From NCBI GenBank assembly GCA_903918705.1, contig CAIXFP010000343.1, forward strand, positions 1 through 32,599: 32,599 bases of DNA, given 5' to 3'. Each line of letters starts with the position of its first letter. The stretch's first letter is position 1. Shown here piece by piece: positions 16,616 to 26,400 of the stretch. The notes under the pieces were generated by a model that was not told where the DNA came from, did no database searches, and saw only the letters and a program-made list of their open reading frames with translations. The position numbers and the translations under genes were made by a program. This DNA comes from an uncultured Pseudomonadota bacterium (lineage in GTDB: Bacteria; Pseudomonadota; Gammaproteobacteria; Burkholderiales; Thiobacillaceae).

Positions 16616-17008
16616 TCATTCCTGTACCAATAGCCCGGCCAATTCCAGATATTCCGGGAATCGTCCATCAACACTGACCAGTTGTGCTTGATGTTCAACG
16701 GCGGTGGCAATGATGATGCGATCAACCGGGTCTTTGTGATGTTCAGGCAACGAGACTGCACGCTCGGCGATGGCCCTTGATACCGGAATAATCGCAACAC
16801 CATATGCCTCGATCCGATCGAGCCAGTCGGCGACCGGCAACTGGAGAGCAATTCGTCCGTGGGACACAAGCCACGCCATTTCCCAGCACGTCATTGCCGA
16901 GACGGCCAAAGATGGAGCCGTTTCGATGGCGTCTATCTGCCGTGGCCCAAGCTTGTCCGGTGTGCGATTGGCCCACCAGTAGAGTGAGTGTGTGTCGAGG
17001 ATAAGCAT
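16616..17008 (-). CDS. vapC: PIN-domain type II toxin (VapC family)
   Basis: 130 aa. MLILDTHSLYWW.. (Asp5), CWEMAW (Glu), HKDPVDRIIIATA (Asp). Its ATG overlaps the upstream antitoxin stop (TAATG). Confidence 0.88.
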   Translation of the reverse strand: MLILDTHSLYWWANRTPDKLGPRQIDAIETAPSLAVSAMTCWEMAWLVSHGRIALQLPVADWLDRIEAYGVAIIPVSRAIAERAVSLPEHHKDPVDRIIIATAVEHQAQLVSVDGRFPEYLELAGLLVQE

Positions 17009-17229
17009 TAGGCCAACGCTTTCCAGTCGCTTTCCGGCGGGCCGTTGAGGATGTCACCTTTTTCTTCTCCCATCCCCGCCAGCTCGGGCGGTGGCGAGCG
17101 GCGTCCGGTGGGCTTGGCGGATTCCCAAAGGACGATAACGCGAGCACGTGCTGCATGATCAGGGAGGGCTGCGTCCTCGATGACAAGACGATGGTTGGCA
17201 ATGGGTGCCGTCGTTTCAAGGGCCAACAT
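17008..17229 (-). CDS. Type II antitoxin partner of VapC (family not resolved)
   Basis: 73 aa from the ATG at 17229 (GGAGA upstream). 1-nt overlap with vapC. C-terminal tail GDILNGPPESDWKAL. The 109-aa track ORF is a 5' extension. Confidence 0.7.
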   Translation of the reverse strand: MLALETTAPIANHRLVIEDAALPDHAARARVIVLWESAKPTGRRSPPPELAGMGEEKGDILNGPPESDWKALA

Positions 17230-17435
17230 GGGCGTATCTCCTTCCAGCTTGTCTTGAAGAATGTTTCCGGTTGATTGTCCCGGTTCCATTACAAGCGATA
17301 GTTTAACGGTAACGACCTGGTGTAGTCGGAGGAGCAACCAGCCCGCGTGGGCAAATAAGCCGGCGGTTTCTTGCCGACGTTATCCGCCGCATGCCAAACA
17401 TCCGGCGGAAGGCGCGATAAAGCCGCTTTTCCGCC

Positions 17436-20400
17436 CTACACCTTCACCATCACTGTGTGTTCGTGACGGTCGTCCAGCAGAGGAATCGCCTGCCCTTCCA
17501 GCGCCACCCCATCCAGCGTCAGGCCCACCGCACCCCCTTGTACCACGGCGATGTGATAGACCGTCTCGCGATACCGGTAATGCACCGTGAACCCCGGCCA
17601 GTGGCCGGGCAGGCAGGGTGCGACATGCAACTTGTCCACTTCCAGGCGCAATCCCAGCAGCGATTCCAATATCAGCCGGTACATCCAGCCGGCCGAGCCG
17701 GTGTACCAGGTCCAGCCGCCGCGCCCGGTGTGGGGGGCGACGGCGTAGACATCCGCCGCCATGACGTAGGGCTCCACCTTGTACACCGCGATGGCGTCCG
17801 GCGATTTCGCATGGTTGGCGGGGTTGATCAGGGTGGTGAGTTCCCAGGCGCGGCGGCTGTCGCCCTGGGCGGCGTAGGCCATGGCGGCCCAGATGGCGGC
17901 GTGGGTGTACTGGCCGCCGTTCTCCCGCACGCCGGGGACGTAGCCCTTGATGTAGCCCGGGTCCATGTCCGTCTGGTCGAAGGGCGGGTCGAGCAACTGG
18001 ATGAGGCCCGCGTCGCGCCGCACCAGGTGCTCGTCCAGGGACTGCATGGCGCGGCGGGCACGTTCGCGGTCGGCGACCCCGGACAGCACCGACCAGCTTT
18101 GCGCGATGGAGTCGATCCAGCATTCCACGTTGCCGGCGGAGCCCAGGGGGGTGCCGTCGTCGAACCAGGCGCGGCGGTACCAGGCGCCGTCCCAGGCGTG
18201 CTGTTCCAGGTTCTCGCCCAGGTGCGCGGCTTCCGCCAGGCAGAAGTCGGCGGATTCGGGGTCGCCGTGGCCGCGCGCCAGGACGGCGAACTGGCGCAGC
18301 ACTTCATGCAGGAAGAAGCCCAGCCACACGCTTTCCCCCTTGCCGCCCACGCCCACCCGGTTCATGCCGTCGTTCCAGTCACCGGAGCCCATCAGGGGCA
18401 GGCCGTGTTCGCCGTAGCGCAGGCCGTGGCGGAGTGCCCGCACGCAGTGCAGGTAGAGGCTCTCCGAGGTGGTGGAACGTCCCGGCAGGTCGAAGTAGTC
18501 GTCGTCGTCCGGGCTGAGCAGGCGGCCTTCCAGGAACGGGACCGCTTCCTCCAGCACGCCGCTGTCGCCGCTGCCCAGCACGTAGCGGCAGGTGGCCAGG
18601 GCCAGCCACAGGTAGTCGTCGGAACAGTGGGTGCGCACGCCGCGCCCGGCAGGCGGGTGCCACCAGTGCTGCACGTCGCCCTCGTGGAATTGCCGCCCGG
18701 CGCACAGCAGCAATTGCGCCCGCAGCAGGCCGGGTTCGCTGTGCAGCAGGGCCATGGCGTCCTGCAACTGGTCGCGGAAGCCGAAGGCGCCACCGGACTG
18801 GTAGTAGCCGCTGCGCGCCCACATGCGGCAGGCCAGGGTCTGGTAGAGCAGCCAGCCGTTGCTGAGGACGTTGAGGGACTGGTCCGGCGTTTCCACCTGC
18901 ACCGCGCCCAGGGTGTGGTTCCAGTAGTGCCAGACGTCTTCCAGGGCCTGGCGCGCGGCTTCGCCACCGCGCGTGCGCTGCGCCAGGTGGTTGGCGTCCT
19001 CGCCCCCGGGTGTGCCGCCCACGCCGAGGCGGAACACGATCTCCCGCTCCTCGCCGTCAGCCAGGTCGAAGCCCACCTGCAGCGCGCCACAGGGGTCCAG
19101 GCCGCTGCCGGACTTGCCGGACAGGTGGGTGCGGCGTAGCGCCGCCGGGTTGGTCAGGCTGCCGTTGCGGCCGATGAATTCGGCGCGGTCGCAGGTGCCG
19201 GTGCGGTCGGCGACGTCCACGTCGAAGAAGGCGACCCGCCCGGGAAACTCGCCGTTGTAGGGGTTGCGGGCGTAGAGGGCGCCGCTGTACGGGTCCACCT
19301 CGGTGACCAGGTACATGGCGGATTTCGGCCGCAGGTCGCCCAGCACCCATTCCACATAGCCGGTGGCGGACAGCCGCCGCGGCCGCCCGGACCCGTTGCG
19401 CACTTTCAGTACCGAGAATTTCACCGCCGCGTCCAGCGCCACGTAGACCCACAACTCGGACTGGATGCCGGACTCGGCGTGCTCGAACACGCTGTAGCCG
19501 AAACCGTGGCGGCAGACGTAGGGGGTGGCGCCGCGCCGGGGCAGCGGCGTCGGCGACCAGAACTGGCCGGTTTCCTCGTCACGCAGGTAGAAGGCCTCGC
19601 CGCTCGGGTCGGAGACCGGATCGTTGAGCCAGGGGGTGAGGCGGAATTCGTGGGCGTTCTCGCTCCAGGTGTAGGCCTGGCCGCTCTCGGAGACCACGCT
19701 GCCGAACTGGGCGTTGGCCAGCACGTTGACCCAGGGCGCCGGGGTGAGCAGGTCCGGCGTGGTGGTGATGACGTACTCGCGCCCGTCCGGGGTGAAGCCG
19801 CCCAGGCCGTTGCCCAGGATCAGGTCGCGGACCGGCAGTGCGAAGGCCGCGGCCGCTTCGGGCCGCAGCGACTTGCCTGGCGCCAGGCGCGGCACCCGTG
19901 GTTCCAGTGCGTCGGGCCGCGTGAGCTGTTCCGCCAGGGTGCCCCGGCCGTCGCTCAGGATGATGCGGGCGACGGTCTGGAACAGGATGCGGTCTTCCTC
20001 GGAAATCTGTTCCGCCGAGCGGATGAAGATGCCGCCGGGCCGGTCGATGACCTGGGTTTCCAGGCCCACCGCCACCAGGCCCAGGATCTGGTCCTGCAAG
20101 GTCTGCCGATAGCCGGCCCGGTCCTCGTTCCAGATCACCAGGTCCACCGCCAGGCCCTTCAGGCGCCAGTAAGCGTGGGCCTGGATGAGCTGGCGCACCA
20201 GTTCGACATTGGCCAGGTCGGCGATGCGCACCAGGACGATGGGCAGGTCGCCGGAGATGGCATAGCCCCACAGACCGGACTGGCCGCGCCGGTTGCGTAG
20301 CAGCACGCCGGCGTCGGCGCGCAGGGCGGCGTGGGCGTAGATCACCGAGTTGGCCAGGCGGCCATAGAGCTGGGCGTCCGCCTCGCTGGCGTTGATCTGG

Positions 20401-23400
20401 CGCAGCACCACCTGGGCGTGGGTCCAGGCCAGTTCGAACACCCGGTCGGCCAGGCGGCGGTCGCGATATTTCTCCACCAGGGCCAGGGCGGCCGCGCGGC
20501 TGTCGCCGATACCGTAGACCAGGTCGATGCTGGCGGTCTGCTCCGGTTCCAGGGTGATGCTGCAGCGGATGGCCAGCATCGGGTCGAGCACCGAACCCTG
20601 GCTGCCGGAGAGCACGCCGTCCGCGTCCAGCGCCTGGGGTGCCGCGACATCACGGCCGCGGCCGAGAAAGCGGGCGCGATCGGTTTCGTAGGAAATCGCG
20701 TCGATGTCCGCATCATGGACGGCCAGCAGATGGAACATCCAGGGCGTCGCCTCGTCCCGGGAGCGGGGGCGGCGGGTACACAGCAGGGCCTGCTGCGGCG
20801 CGACGATCTCGGTCTGCACGAACAGGTTGCTGAACGCTGGATGCAGGGCGTCGGCGGCGGCGGGAGCCAGCACCACCTCGGCGTAGGTGGTGAGTTCGAT
20901 GGTGCGGCGGCTGGCACCGCGGTTGGTGATGCGGATCCGGCGCAGTTCGATGTCTTCTTCCGGGGAGACGACGATGTCGGTGTGGGTGTCGAAATCGAAC
21001 GCCTGGCCACGATCGCGGCGGCGGAATTCGGCCCGCCCTTCCGAGAAGATGGCCTCGTAGTGTTCCGTTTGGCGCAGGGTGGGCTGGTGGGCGGTGGACC
21101 AGGTGGTGCCGCTTTCCGTATCGCGAAGGTAAGCGAAACTGCCCCAGGCATCGCGGGTGCCGTCCTCGCGCCAACGGGTGACGGCCAGGTCGCGCCAGCG
21201 GCTGTAGCCGCCGCCGGCGTGGCTGATCATGACGTGATAGCGGCCGTTGGAGAGCAACTGCACTTCCGGGGTCGCGCTGTCGGGCTGGGTCAACACCCGG
21301 ATCGGCATTTCCGGACTGTCGACGCCGGCCTGGCTGGCGTTCAGTTCGGCGTTGTGGGTATGGAAGGCCGTGGCACGGGGGATGCGTTCCTGCAGCAACA
21401 ACAGAGTGGCCTGCAACAGCGAGTCGGCCGCGAAGCGTTTCTGCATCGGCCGGTCCAGCAGCAGATAGGCCAGGGCCAGCAGGCTCATGCCCTGGTGGTG
21501 CGCCATGTAGGAGCGCACCAGGGCGTGGGATTCGCCGCGCCGCTGCCGCGCCGGGGTGTAGTCGATGGCCTCGTAGAAGCCGAACCAGCCTTCCGCGCCC
21601 AGGGCGGCGAGGCGCTCCAGGTTCTCGCAGGCGGCCTCCGGCGCCACCATCAGGGCCATCACCGTGGCATAGGGCGCCACCACCAGGTCCTCGGCGAGGC
21701 CGCGCTTCAGCCCCAGGCCGGGCACGCCGAAGGCGCGGTACTGGTAGTTGAGTTGCACGTCCACCGCGTTGTAGCCGGATTCCGACATGCCCCAGGGCAG
21801 GCCGCGCTGCTGGCCGTACTCGATCTGCCGCGCCACCGCCGAGCGCATGGTCTGGTCGAGCAGGGTGTGGTCGTAGTTGGGCATCACCAGTTGCGGCATC
21901 AGGTACTCGAACATGGAGCCGCTCCAGGACAGCAGGATCGGCTCGCCGCCGCTGCGGGTGAGCAGGCGCCCCAGGGCGAACCAGCTCTCCTGGGGCAACT
22001 GGCCCTGGGCGATGGCGACGAACACGGTGAGGCGCGCTTCCGAGGCGAGGAGATCGTAGTAACTGCTGTCGCGCCGCCGCTCGTCCACGTTGTAGCCGAT
22101 GGCCAGCAGGCGCGCGGCCTTGTCGTAGAGGAAGCCGTATTCCATCTCGGCCAGTTCGCCGGCCTGCCGGGCGCGTTGCCGGAGGGCGGCGATGCGCACC
22201 CGGGCGCGCTCGCTGCCCAGTTCGATACGGCGGTCGAGTTCGCCCCGCCAGGCATCCCCGGCCGGTGTGGCGCCAAGGCTGGCGGGGCCGGGCGCCAATT
22301 CGGCCAGGGCGCGCAGGGTCGGGATGACGTCGATTTCGGGGGGCGCTGCGAGGCCGTCCGGGGCCGCTGGCATGCTGAGCCAGGGCGCGAGAAAGACCAG
22401 CTCGTCCCGGACCGCCCGGCATTGCTGCGCCAGGGCACGCAGCCACCAGCACGCCTGGCTCTCGGGCACCTGCCCCAGGTTCTCGTGCATGGCCTCGGCG
22501 GCCTGGCTCAACTGCTCGAGCAGGCGCCAAACCGCCGCAAGGGTGGTGGGCCGGAGCGCGTTCGCCGCAGCGTACTGGGTGCGGAATTGCGCCAGTTGGG
22601 CTGGGAATGTGCCACCCCCGGTGGCACCCGCGGCTTCCTCCAGTATCCCCAGGATGTCGCCCAGGCCGTCCAGCCAGCGCGGTGCCAGGATGGGCCGGTC
22701 GATGAGGGAGGTGAGACCGGGACGCAGGGTCAGCAGGTGGCCCGCCAGGTTGCCGCTGTCCACGGTCGAGACATAGGCCGGGTGCAGCGGCGCCAGCGTC
22801 TGGGTGTCGTACCAGTTGTAGAAATGGCCGTGGTACCGGTCCAGGCCCGCCATGGTGTCCAGGGTGTGGCCGCAGCGCTCGAGCAGCTGCTCGGCGGTGA
22901 GGTAGCCGAAGTCGTGGGCGGACAGGTAGGCCAGCAACGCCAGGCCCATGTTGGTGGGGGACGTGCGGTGGGCCAGGGCGCCGGTGCGATATTCCTGATA
23001 GTTGTCCGGGGGCAGCCAGTGGTCCTCCGGGCCGACGAAGGTCTCGAAGAAGGCCCAGGTCTTGCGTGCGATGCGGCCGAGGAACCGGCTCTGGTCTCCG
23101 CTCAGGCGAGCTTCGCGGCGAGCCAGCGGGCGGCTCAACCACCAGGCGACGGCGGGGGACACCAGCCACAGGATCAGGATGGGGGCGGCCACAGGCAACG
23201 CGGCCGGCACCACCGCCGCCAGGTAAATCGCGGTGGCGGCCGCCAGCAGCGGGGCGAACCCCATGGTGCGGAAGGCGGCGGCCAGGTCGTTGCGGCTGGC
23301 CAGTTCCTGGTCGCCGGAAGGATTCCATTCCAGCAGCCGTTGGTGCGATACCCCCAGTCGCCAGAGGGTGCGCAGGATCGCATCCAGGCTGTAACCCGCC

Positions 23401-26075
23401 TCGTGGGGCAGGGTCACCAGGGCAAACAGCGCCTGGATGCCGCGCAAGCCGGTGGCGTGGGCGATGGCGGCCAGGTGCTGGCCCAATCGCATCTCGTCCG
23501 GTTTGCGCAGGAGATCGTGCAGGCTGGCCAGCAGCGGCGGAATCAGGAGCACGCCGAGCAGCGCCAGGGTCCATGGCAGGGGCGCGGTGGACGCGGTCCA
23601 GCCCAGCACCAGGAGCAGGGTCAACGCCGCCGGCACCAGGCTGCGGCGCAGGTTGTCGAACAGTTTCCAGCGCGCCAGCCAGGACAGCGGATTCCGGCCG
23701 CGGCGCCGGTCGGGGCCGCGCAGCCACGGCAGCAGCCAGCCGATGAGCTGCCAATCGCCGCGGATCCAGCGGTAGCGGCGGTTCACGTCGGCACCGTAGC
23801 GGGCCGGGTATTCCTCGTACAACTGCACGTCGCTCAACAGCCCGGCGCGCACGTAACAGCCCTCCAGCAGGTCGTGGCTGAGGATGCGGTTCTCGCGGAA
23901 ACGCCCCTGCAGCGCCTGCTCGAAGGCGGCCACGTCGTAGATGCCCTTGCCGATGAAGGAGCCTTCCCCGAAGGCGTCCTGGTACACGTCGGAGACGGCG
24001 CGGGTGTATGGGTCGATGCCCGGCTCGCCGCTGTTCAGGCGGGCATAACGCGACAGGGTGGCGCCGGGCAGGCTCACGCTCACCCGCGGCTGCAGGATGC
24101 CGTAGCCGGCCACCACCCGGCCTTGGGACGCGTCATAACGCGGTCGATTGAGGGGGTGTGCCATGGTGCCGACGCATTCCCGGGCGGCGTCGCGCGGCAA
24201 CTGGGTGTCGGTGTCCAGGGTGATGACGTAGCTCACCCCGACCAGCAGCGCGGTGTCGCCCACCAGCAGGGAGAATCCGTCACGTTTGCCTTCGCGCAGC
24301 AGGGCGTTGAGGTCGGCCAGCTTGCCGCGCTTGCGCTCGTAGCCCATCCAAAGCCGGTCATGGGGGTTCCAGCGGCGCGGCCGATGCAGCAGGAAAAAGG
24401 CGTCGTGGCCGTCTACCCCATAGCGCGTGTTCAGGGCTTCGATGCGCGCCCGGGCCCGTTCCAGCAGCGCTATGTCCTCGGGCAAGGTTTCCGCGGCCGC
24501 GTCGCGCAGGTCGGTCAACAGGGCGAAAAACAGGTTCGCATCGCGGTTGGCCAGGAAGCGGACTTCCAGCGCCTCGGCCAGGCTGTCGATGTTGCGCGGG
24601 CTGGCGAGCATGGTGGGGACCACCACCAGGGTGCGGAATTCGGCCGGGATGCCGGCGGAATAATCCATGCACGGCAGGGCATGAGGCGACGCCAGCAGGG
24701 TGGCCAGCCAGTTCACCAGGGCGGAGGCGAGCTGGCCGCTGGCCACCAGGGCGAGCAGTCCCAGGGGGAGCAGCGTCCAATGCGCCCAGCCGGCTCCACG
24801 CACTTCGGCCAGGAAAGCGGCGGCCAGGAGCGTGGTGAGCAGGGTGATCGCGCCCAGGTACAGGGGCAGTGGCGAGTCCCCTGCGCCGCGGCGCAGGCGC
24901 GCGGCAAGGGGCGGACGGGCGCCCAGGGCCCGTTCCAACTGGAGGCGTCCGCGGTCGATCAGGTAGTAGCCGACGTGGGCGGTCCGGTCGCCCACGCCGT
25001 TGTTGTCCGCGCCGGACCGGGCCAGTTCGATGGCGCGGGCGGCTACCGTGTCCTCGTTGAACAGGCTCGACTTCGCCACCTGTTCGACCACGTGGCGGTA
25101 GTGGTCGCGGCTGGCGAAATCCATGCCGGCATAGGCCGAACCCGGGTCCGTGCGCAGGGTGCGTTCCACCAGGCTCAAGGATTCGACGAACTCGCGCCAG
25201 TCCATGGTGCCCAGGAAGCGCAGGCTGCCGATGCTGTTGCTGATGGAGACCTGGTCGGCGGCCTGGTGCTGGTTGCCCATGCGCACCGACTGTTCGATGC
25301 TCGCCCCCGATTCGGCCAGTTGCTGTTCGATCCAGGTCAATGGCAGGGCCAGGGTGGGGCCTTGCCCCTGGAGCCGGCGCGCCAGTTCCGAGACGAACGG
25401 CGGCGACATGGGCGGCTGCGAGCGGGCCATGTCGGCGATGACCAGGATCAGATTCTTCGGGGCCTGGCGGGCGACTTCGCTCAACTTGTCCGCCCAGTAG
25501 ACCGCCAGGTCCCGATCCGCGCGGCCATGGGCGATGCGCACCGCGACCCGGCGCAGGTTCTCGATCAGGGCCAGGCGCAGCATGATCGGAATGGCCCACA
25601 ACTCGCCCAGGCGCAGCGGGCTGACCGTCTGGTAGGCGGCGACGAAGCGGCTCAGGCTGTCCGGGTCGACCCGGCCGTCGCCATGGGCGATGGTTTCCAG
25701 GGCGATGTCGTAGACCCGCGGCAACCCATGCGACGCACCCCCGGCAAGGCTGGGCAATTCCCGGCTGTAGCCCTTGGGCAGGTGGCGCCGGGCGGTGCGA
25801 ATCTGTTCCTCCACCAGGTAGAAGTTGTCCAGCAGCCATTCCCCGGCCGGCGTGATGCGCTGTTTCGCCGTCACCGCCCTGGTCAACTGGTCGCAGGTCT
25901 CGACCAGTACCGCCTCGTTGGCCGCCAGCCGCGCCAGCAGCGGGTCCGGCACCCGGCGCGGCGCCAGGCGGTGGGTGCCGGCGAGGCGCACGCCGTGCTG
26001 GGCCATCTGGTCGCTGCTGAACAACTCCGCCCGTAGCGGCGGCGCCTCGACGCAGTCTTTGCCCGGCGCGCTCAT
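17436..26075 (-). CDS. ndvB: Cyclic beta-1,2-glucan synthase (NdvB/ChvB/Cgs type; GT84 + cyclisation region + GH94 phosphorylase-like domain)
   Basis: About 2879 aa. TM segments flank a glycosyltransferase region (ITLDTDTQLPRDAA, RRYRWIRGDWQ). A C-terminal GH94-like region follows (GGAFGFRDQLQD, MGSGDWNDGMN, IWAAMAYA). The start was set at MSAPGKD..PLRAELFSSDQMAQHG (ATG at 26075). An ATG at 26207 is an alternative but adds 44 non-conserved-looking residues. Confidence 0.93.
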   Translation of the reverse strand: MSAPGKDCVEAPPLRAELFSSDQMAQHGVRLAGTHRLAPRRVPDPLLARLAANEAVLVETCDQLTRAVTAKQRITPAGEWLLDNFYLVEEQIRTARRHLPKGYSRELPSLAGGASHGLPRVYDIALETIAHGDGRVDPDSLSRFVAAYQTVSPLRLGELWAIPIMLRLALIENLRRVAVRIAHGRADRDLAVYWADKLSEVARQAPKNLILVIADMARSQPPMSPPFVSELARRLQGQGPTLALPLTWIEQQLAESGASIEQSVRMGNQHQAADQVSISNSIGSLRFLGTMDWREFVESLSLVERTLRTDPGSAYAGMDFASRDHYRHVVEQVAKSSLFNEDTVAARAIELARSGADNNGVGDRTAHVGYYLIDRGRLQLERALGARPPLAARLRRGAGDSPLPLYLGAITLLTTLLAAAFLAEVRGAGWAHWTLLPLGLLALVASGQLASALVNWLATLLASPHALPCMDYSAGIPAEFRTLVVVPTMLASPRNIDSLAEALEVRFLANRDANLFFALLTDLRDAAAETLPEDIALLERARARIEALNTRYGVDGHDAFFLLHRPRRWNPHDRLWMGYERKRGKLADLNALLREGKRDGFSLLVGDTALLVGVSYVITLDTDTQLPRDAARECVGTMAHPLNRPRYDASQGRVVAGYGILQPRVSVSLPGATLSRYARLNSGEPGIDPYTRAVSDVYQDAFGEGSFIGKGIYDVAAFEQALQGRFRENRILSHDLLEGCYVRAGLLSDVQLYEEYPARYGADVNRRYRWIRGDWQLIGWLLPWLRGPDRRRGRNPLSWLARWKLFDNLRRSLVPAALTLLLVLGWTASTAPLPWTLALLGVLLIPPLLASLHDLLRKPDEMRLGQHLAAIAHATGLRGIQALFALVTLPHEAGYSLDAILRTLWRLGVSHQRLLEWNPSGDQELASRNDLAAAFRTMGFAPLLAAATAIYLAAVVPAALPVAAPILILWLVSPAVAWWLSRPLARREARLSGDQSRFLGRIARKTWAFFETFVGPEDHWLPPDNYQEYRTGALAHRTSPTNMGLALLAYLSAHDFGYLTAEQLLERCGHTLDTMAGLDRYHGHFYNWYDTQTLAPLHPAYVSTVDSGNLAGHLLTLRPGLTSLIDRPILAPRWLDGLGDILGILEEAAGATGGGTFPAQLAQFRTQYAAANALRPTTLAAVWRLLEQLSQAAEAMHENLGQVPESQACWWLRALAQQCRAVRDELVFLAPWLSMPAAPDGLAAPPEIDVIPTLRALAELAPGPASLGATPAGDAWRGELDRRIELGSERARVRIAALRQRARQAGELAEMEYGFLYDKAARLLAIGYNVDERRRDSSYYDLLASEARLTVFVAIAQGQLPQESWFALGRLLTRSGGEPILLSWSGSMFEYLMPQLVMPNYDHTLLDQTMRSAVARQIEYGQQRGLPWGMSESGYNAVDVQLNYQYRAFGVPGLGLKRGLAEDLVVAPYATVMALMVAPEAACENLERLAALGAEGWFGFYEAIDYTPARQRRGESHALVRSYMAHHQGMSLLALAYLLLDRPMQKRFAADSLLQATLLLLQERIPRATAFHTHNAELNASQAGVDSPEMPIRVLTQPDSATPEVQLLSNGRYHVMISHAGGGYSRWRDLAVTRWREDGTRDAWGSFAYLRDTESGTTWSTAHQPTLRQTEHYEAIFSEGRAEFRRRDRGQAFDFDTHTDIVVSPEEDIELRRIRITNRGASRRTIELTTYAEVVLAPAAADALHPAFSNLFVQTEIVAPQQALLCTRRPRSRDEATPWMFHLLAVHDADIDAISYETDRARFLGRGRDVAAPQALDADGVLSGSQGSVLDPMLAIRCSITLEPEQTASIDLVYGIGDSRAAALALVEKYRDRRLADRVFELAWTHAQVVLRQINASEADAQLYGRLANSVIYAHAALRADAGVLLRNRRGQSGLWGYAISGDLPIVLVRIADLANVELVRQLIQAHAYWRLKGLAVDLVIWNEDRAGYRQTLQDQILGLVAVGLETQVIDRPGGIFIRSAEQISEEDRILFQTVARIILSDGRGTLAEQLTRPDALEPRVPRLAPGKSLRPEAAAAFALPVRDLILGNGLGGFTPDGREYVITTTPDLLTPAPWVNVLANAQFGSVVSESGQAYTWSENAHEFRLTPWLNDPVSDPSGEAFYLRDEETGQFWSPTPLPRRGATPYVCRHGFGYSVFEHAESGIQSELWVYVALDAAVKFSVLKVRNGSGRPRRLSATGYVEWVLGDLRPKSAMYLVTEVDPYSGALYARNPYNGEFPGRVAFFDVDVADRTGTCDRAEFIGRNGSLTNPAALRRTHLSGKSGSGLDPCGALQVGFDLADGEEREIVFRLGVGGTPGGEDANHLAQRTRGGEAARQALEDVWHYWNHTLGAVQVETPDQSLNVLSNGWLLYQTLACRMWARSGYYQSGGAFGFRDQLQDAMALLHSEPGLLRAQLLLCAGRQFHEGDVQHWWHPPAGRGVRTHCSDDYLWLALATCRYVLGSGDSGVLEEAVPFLEGRLLSPDDDDYFDLPGRSTTSESLYLHCVRALRHGLRYGEHGLPLMGSGDWNDGMNRVGVGGKGESVWLGFFLHEVLRQFAVLARGHGDPESADFCLAEAAHLGENLEQHAWDGAWYRRAWFDDGTPLGSAGNVECWIDSIAQSWSVLSGVADRERARRAMQSLDEHLVRRDAGLIQLLDPPFDQTDMDPGYIKGYVPGVRENGGQYTHAAIWAAMAYAAQGDSRRAWELTTLINPANHAKSPDAIAVYKVEPYVMAADVYAVAPHTGRGGWTWYTGSAGWMYRLILESLLGLRLEVDKLHVAPCLPGHWPGFTVHYRYRETVYHIAVVQGGAVGLTLDGVALEGQAIPLLDDRHEHTVMVKV

Positions 26076-26101
26076 GCCGCCCGGGTACGCCTTGGAAAAA
26101 A

Positions 26102-26118
26102 GTGTCCGAATCCGACAC
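26102..26118. promoter_or_regulatory. Near-perfect 17-bp palindrome in the glucan synthase leader
   Basis: GTGTC-CGAATCC-GACAC lies 27-43 nt upstream of the ATG at 26075. A related TGTCACGAATCGAC lies at 26642-26655, just upstream of the divergent gene's ATG (26676). Confidence 0.3.
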
Positions 26119-26231
26119 CAATGACCGATGAGCTTCGTTTTGCCCCCTTTCCAAGCTGGTCCCAAATTGTTCTCCCGACCGCTCAAGGGGCGGTGGTTGC
26201 GACACACGGCGGGACGCCAGTGTGTGGATGA

Positions 26232-26400
26232 CTAGCAGCCTGTCGGACTTCGGTCGTCGATAGCGAGAAAGGGCCCCAGCGAGGCCAGTTTTTGCCGGAT
26301 TCGCCGCCGCATAGTCGAACTATGGGGCAAGAAGCCGGTGAAAAATGGACCGCTGCGGTCGTTTCGCAGCCGACGATTCCAAAGTCCGACAGGCTGCTAG
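26232..26400. repeat. 169-bp MITE-like / highly structured element with perfect 19-bp terminal inverted repeats
   Basis: CTAGCAGCCTGTCGGACTT (26232-26250) is the exact reverse complement of AAGTCCGACAGGCTGCTAG (26382-26400). Internal extra pairings: tcgtcg/cgacga, catagt-cga-actatg and gctgcg-gtcgttt-cgcagc. No ORF is present. Confidence 0.6.

Noticed and set aside
20331-26036. 1901-aa ORF on the + strand, plus 1013-aa and 615-aa ORFs on the - strand in other frames, all inside the glucan synthase locus
   Set aside because: These are antisense or off-frame to a gene with clear family motifs. The translations are Arg/Gly/Ala/Pro-rich low-information sequence, typical of stop-poor frames in high-GC DNA.
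26076-26207. 44-codon N-terminal extension of the glucan synthase ORF (start at 26207)
   Set aside because: The extension (MCRNHRPLSGRENNLGPAWKGGK...) looks non-protein-like and contains the leader palindrome. Homologue-like sequence begins near the ATG at 26075. The start remains uncertain.
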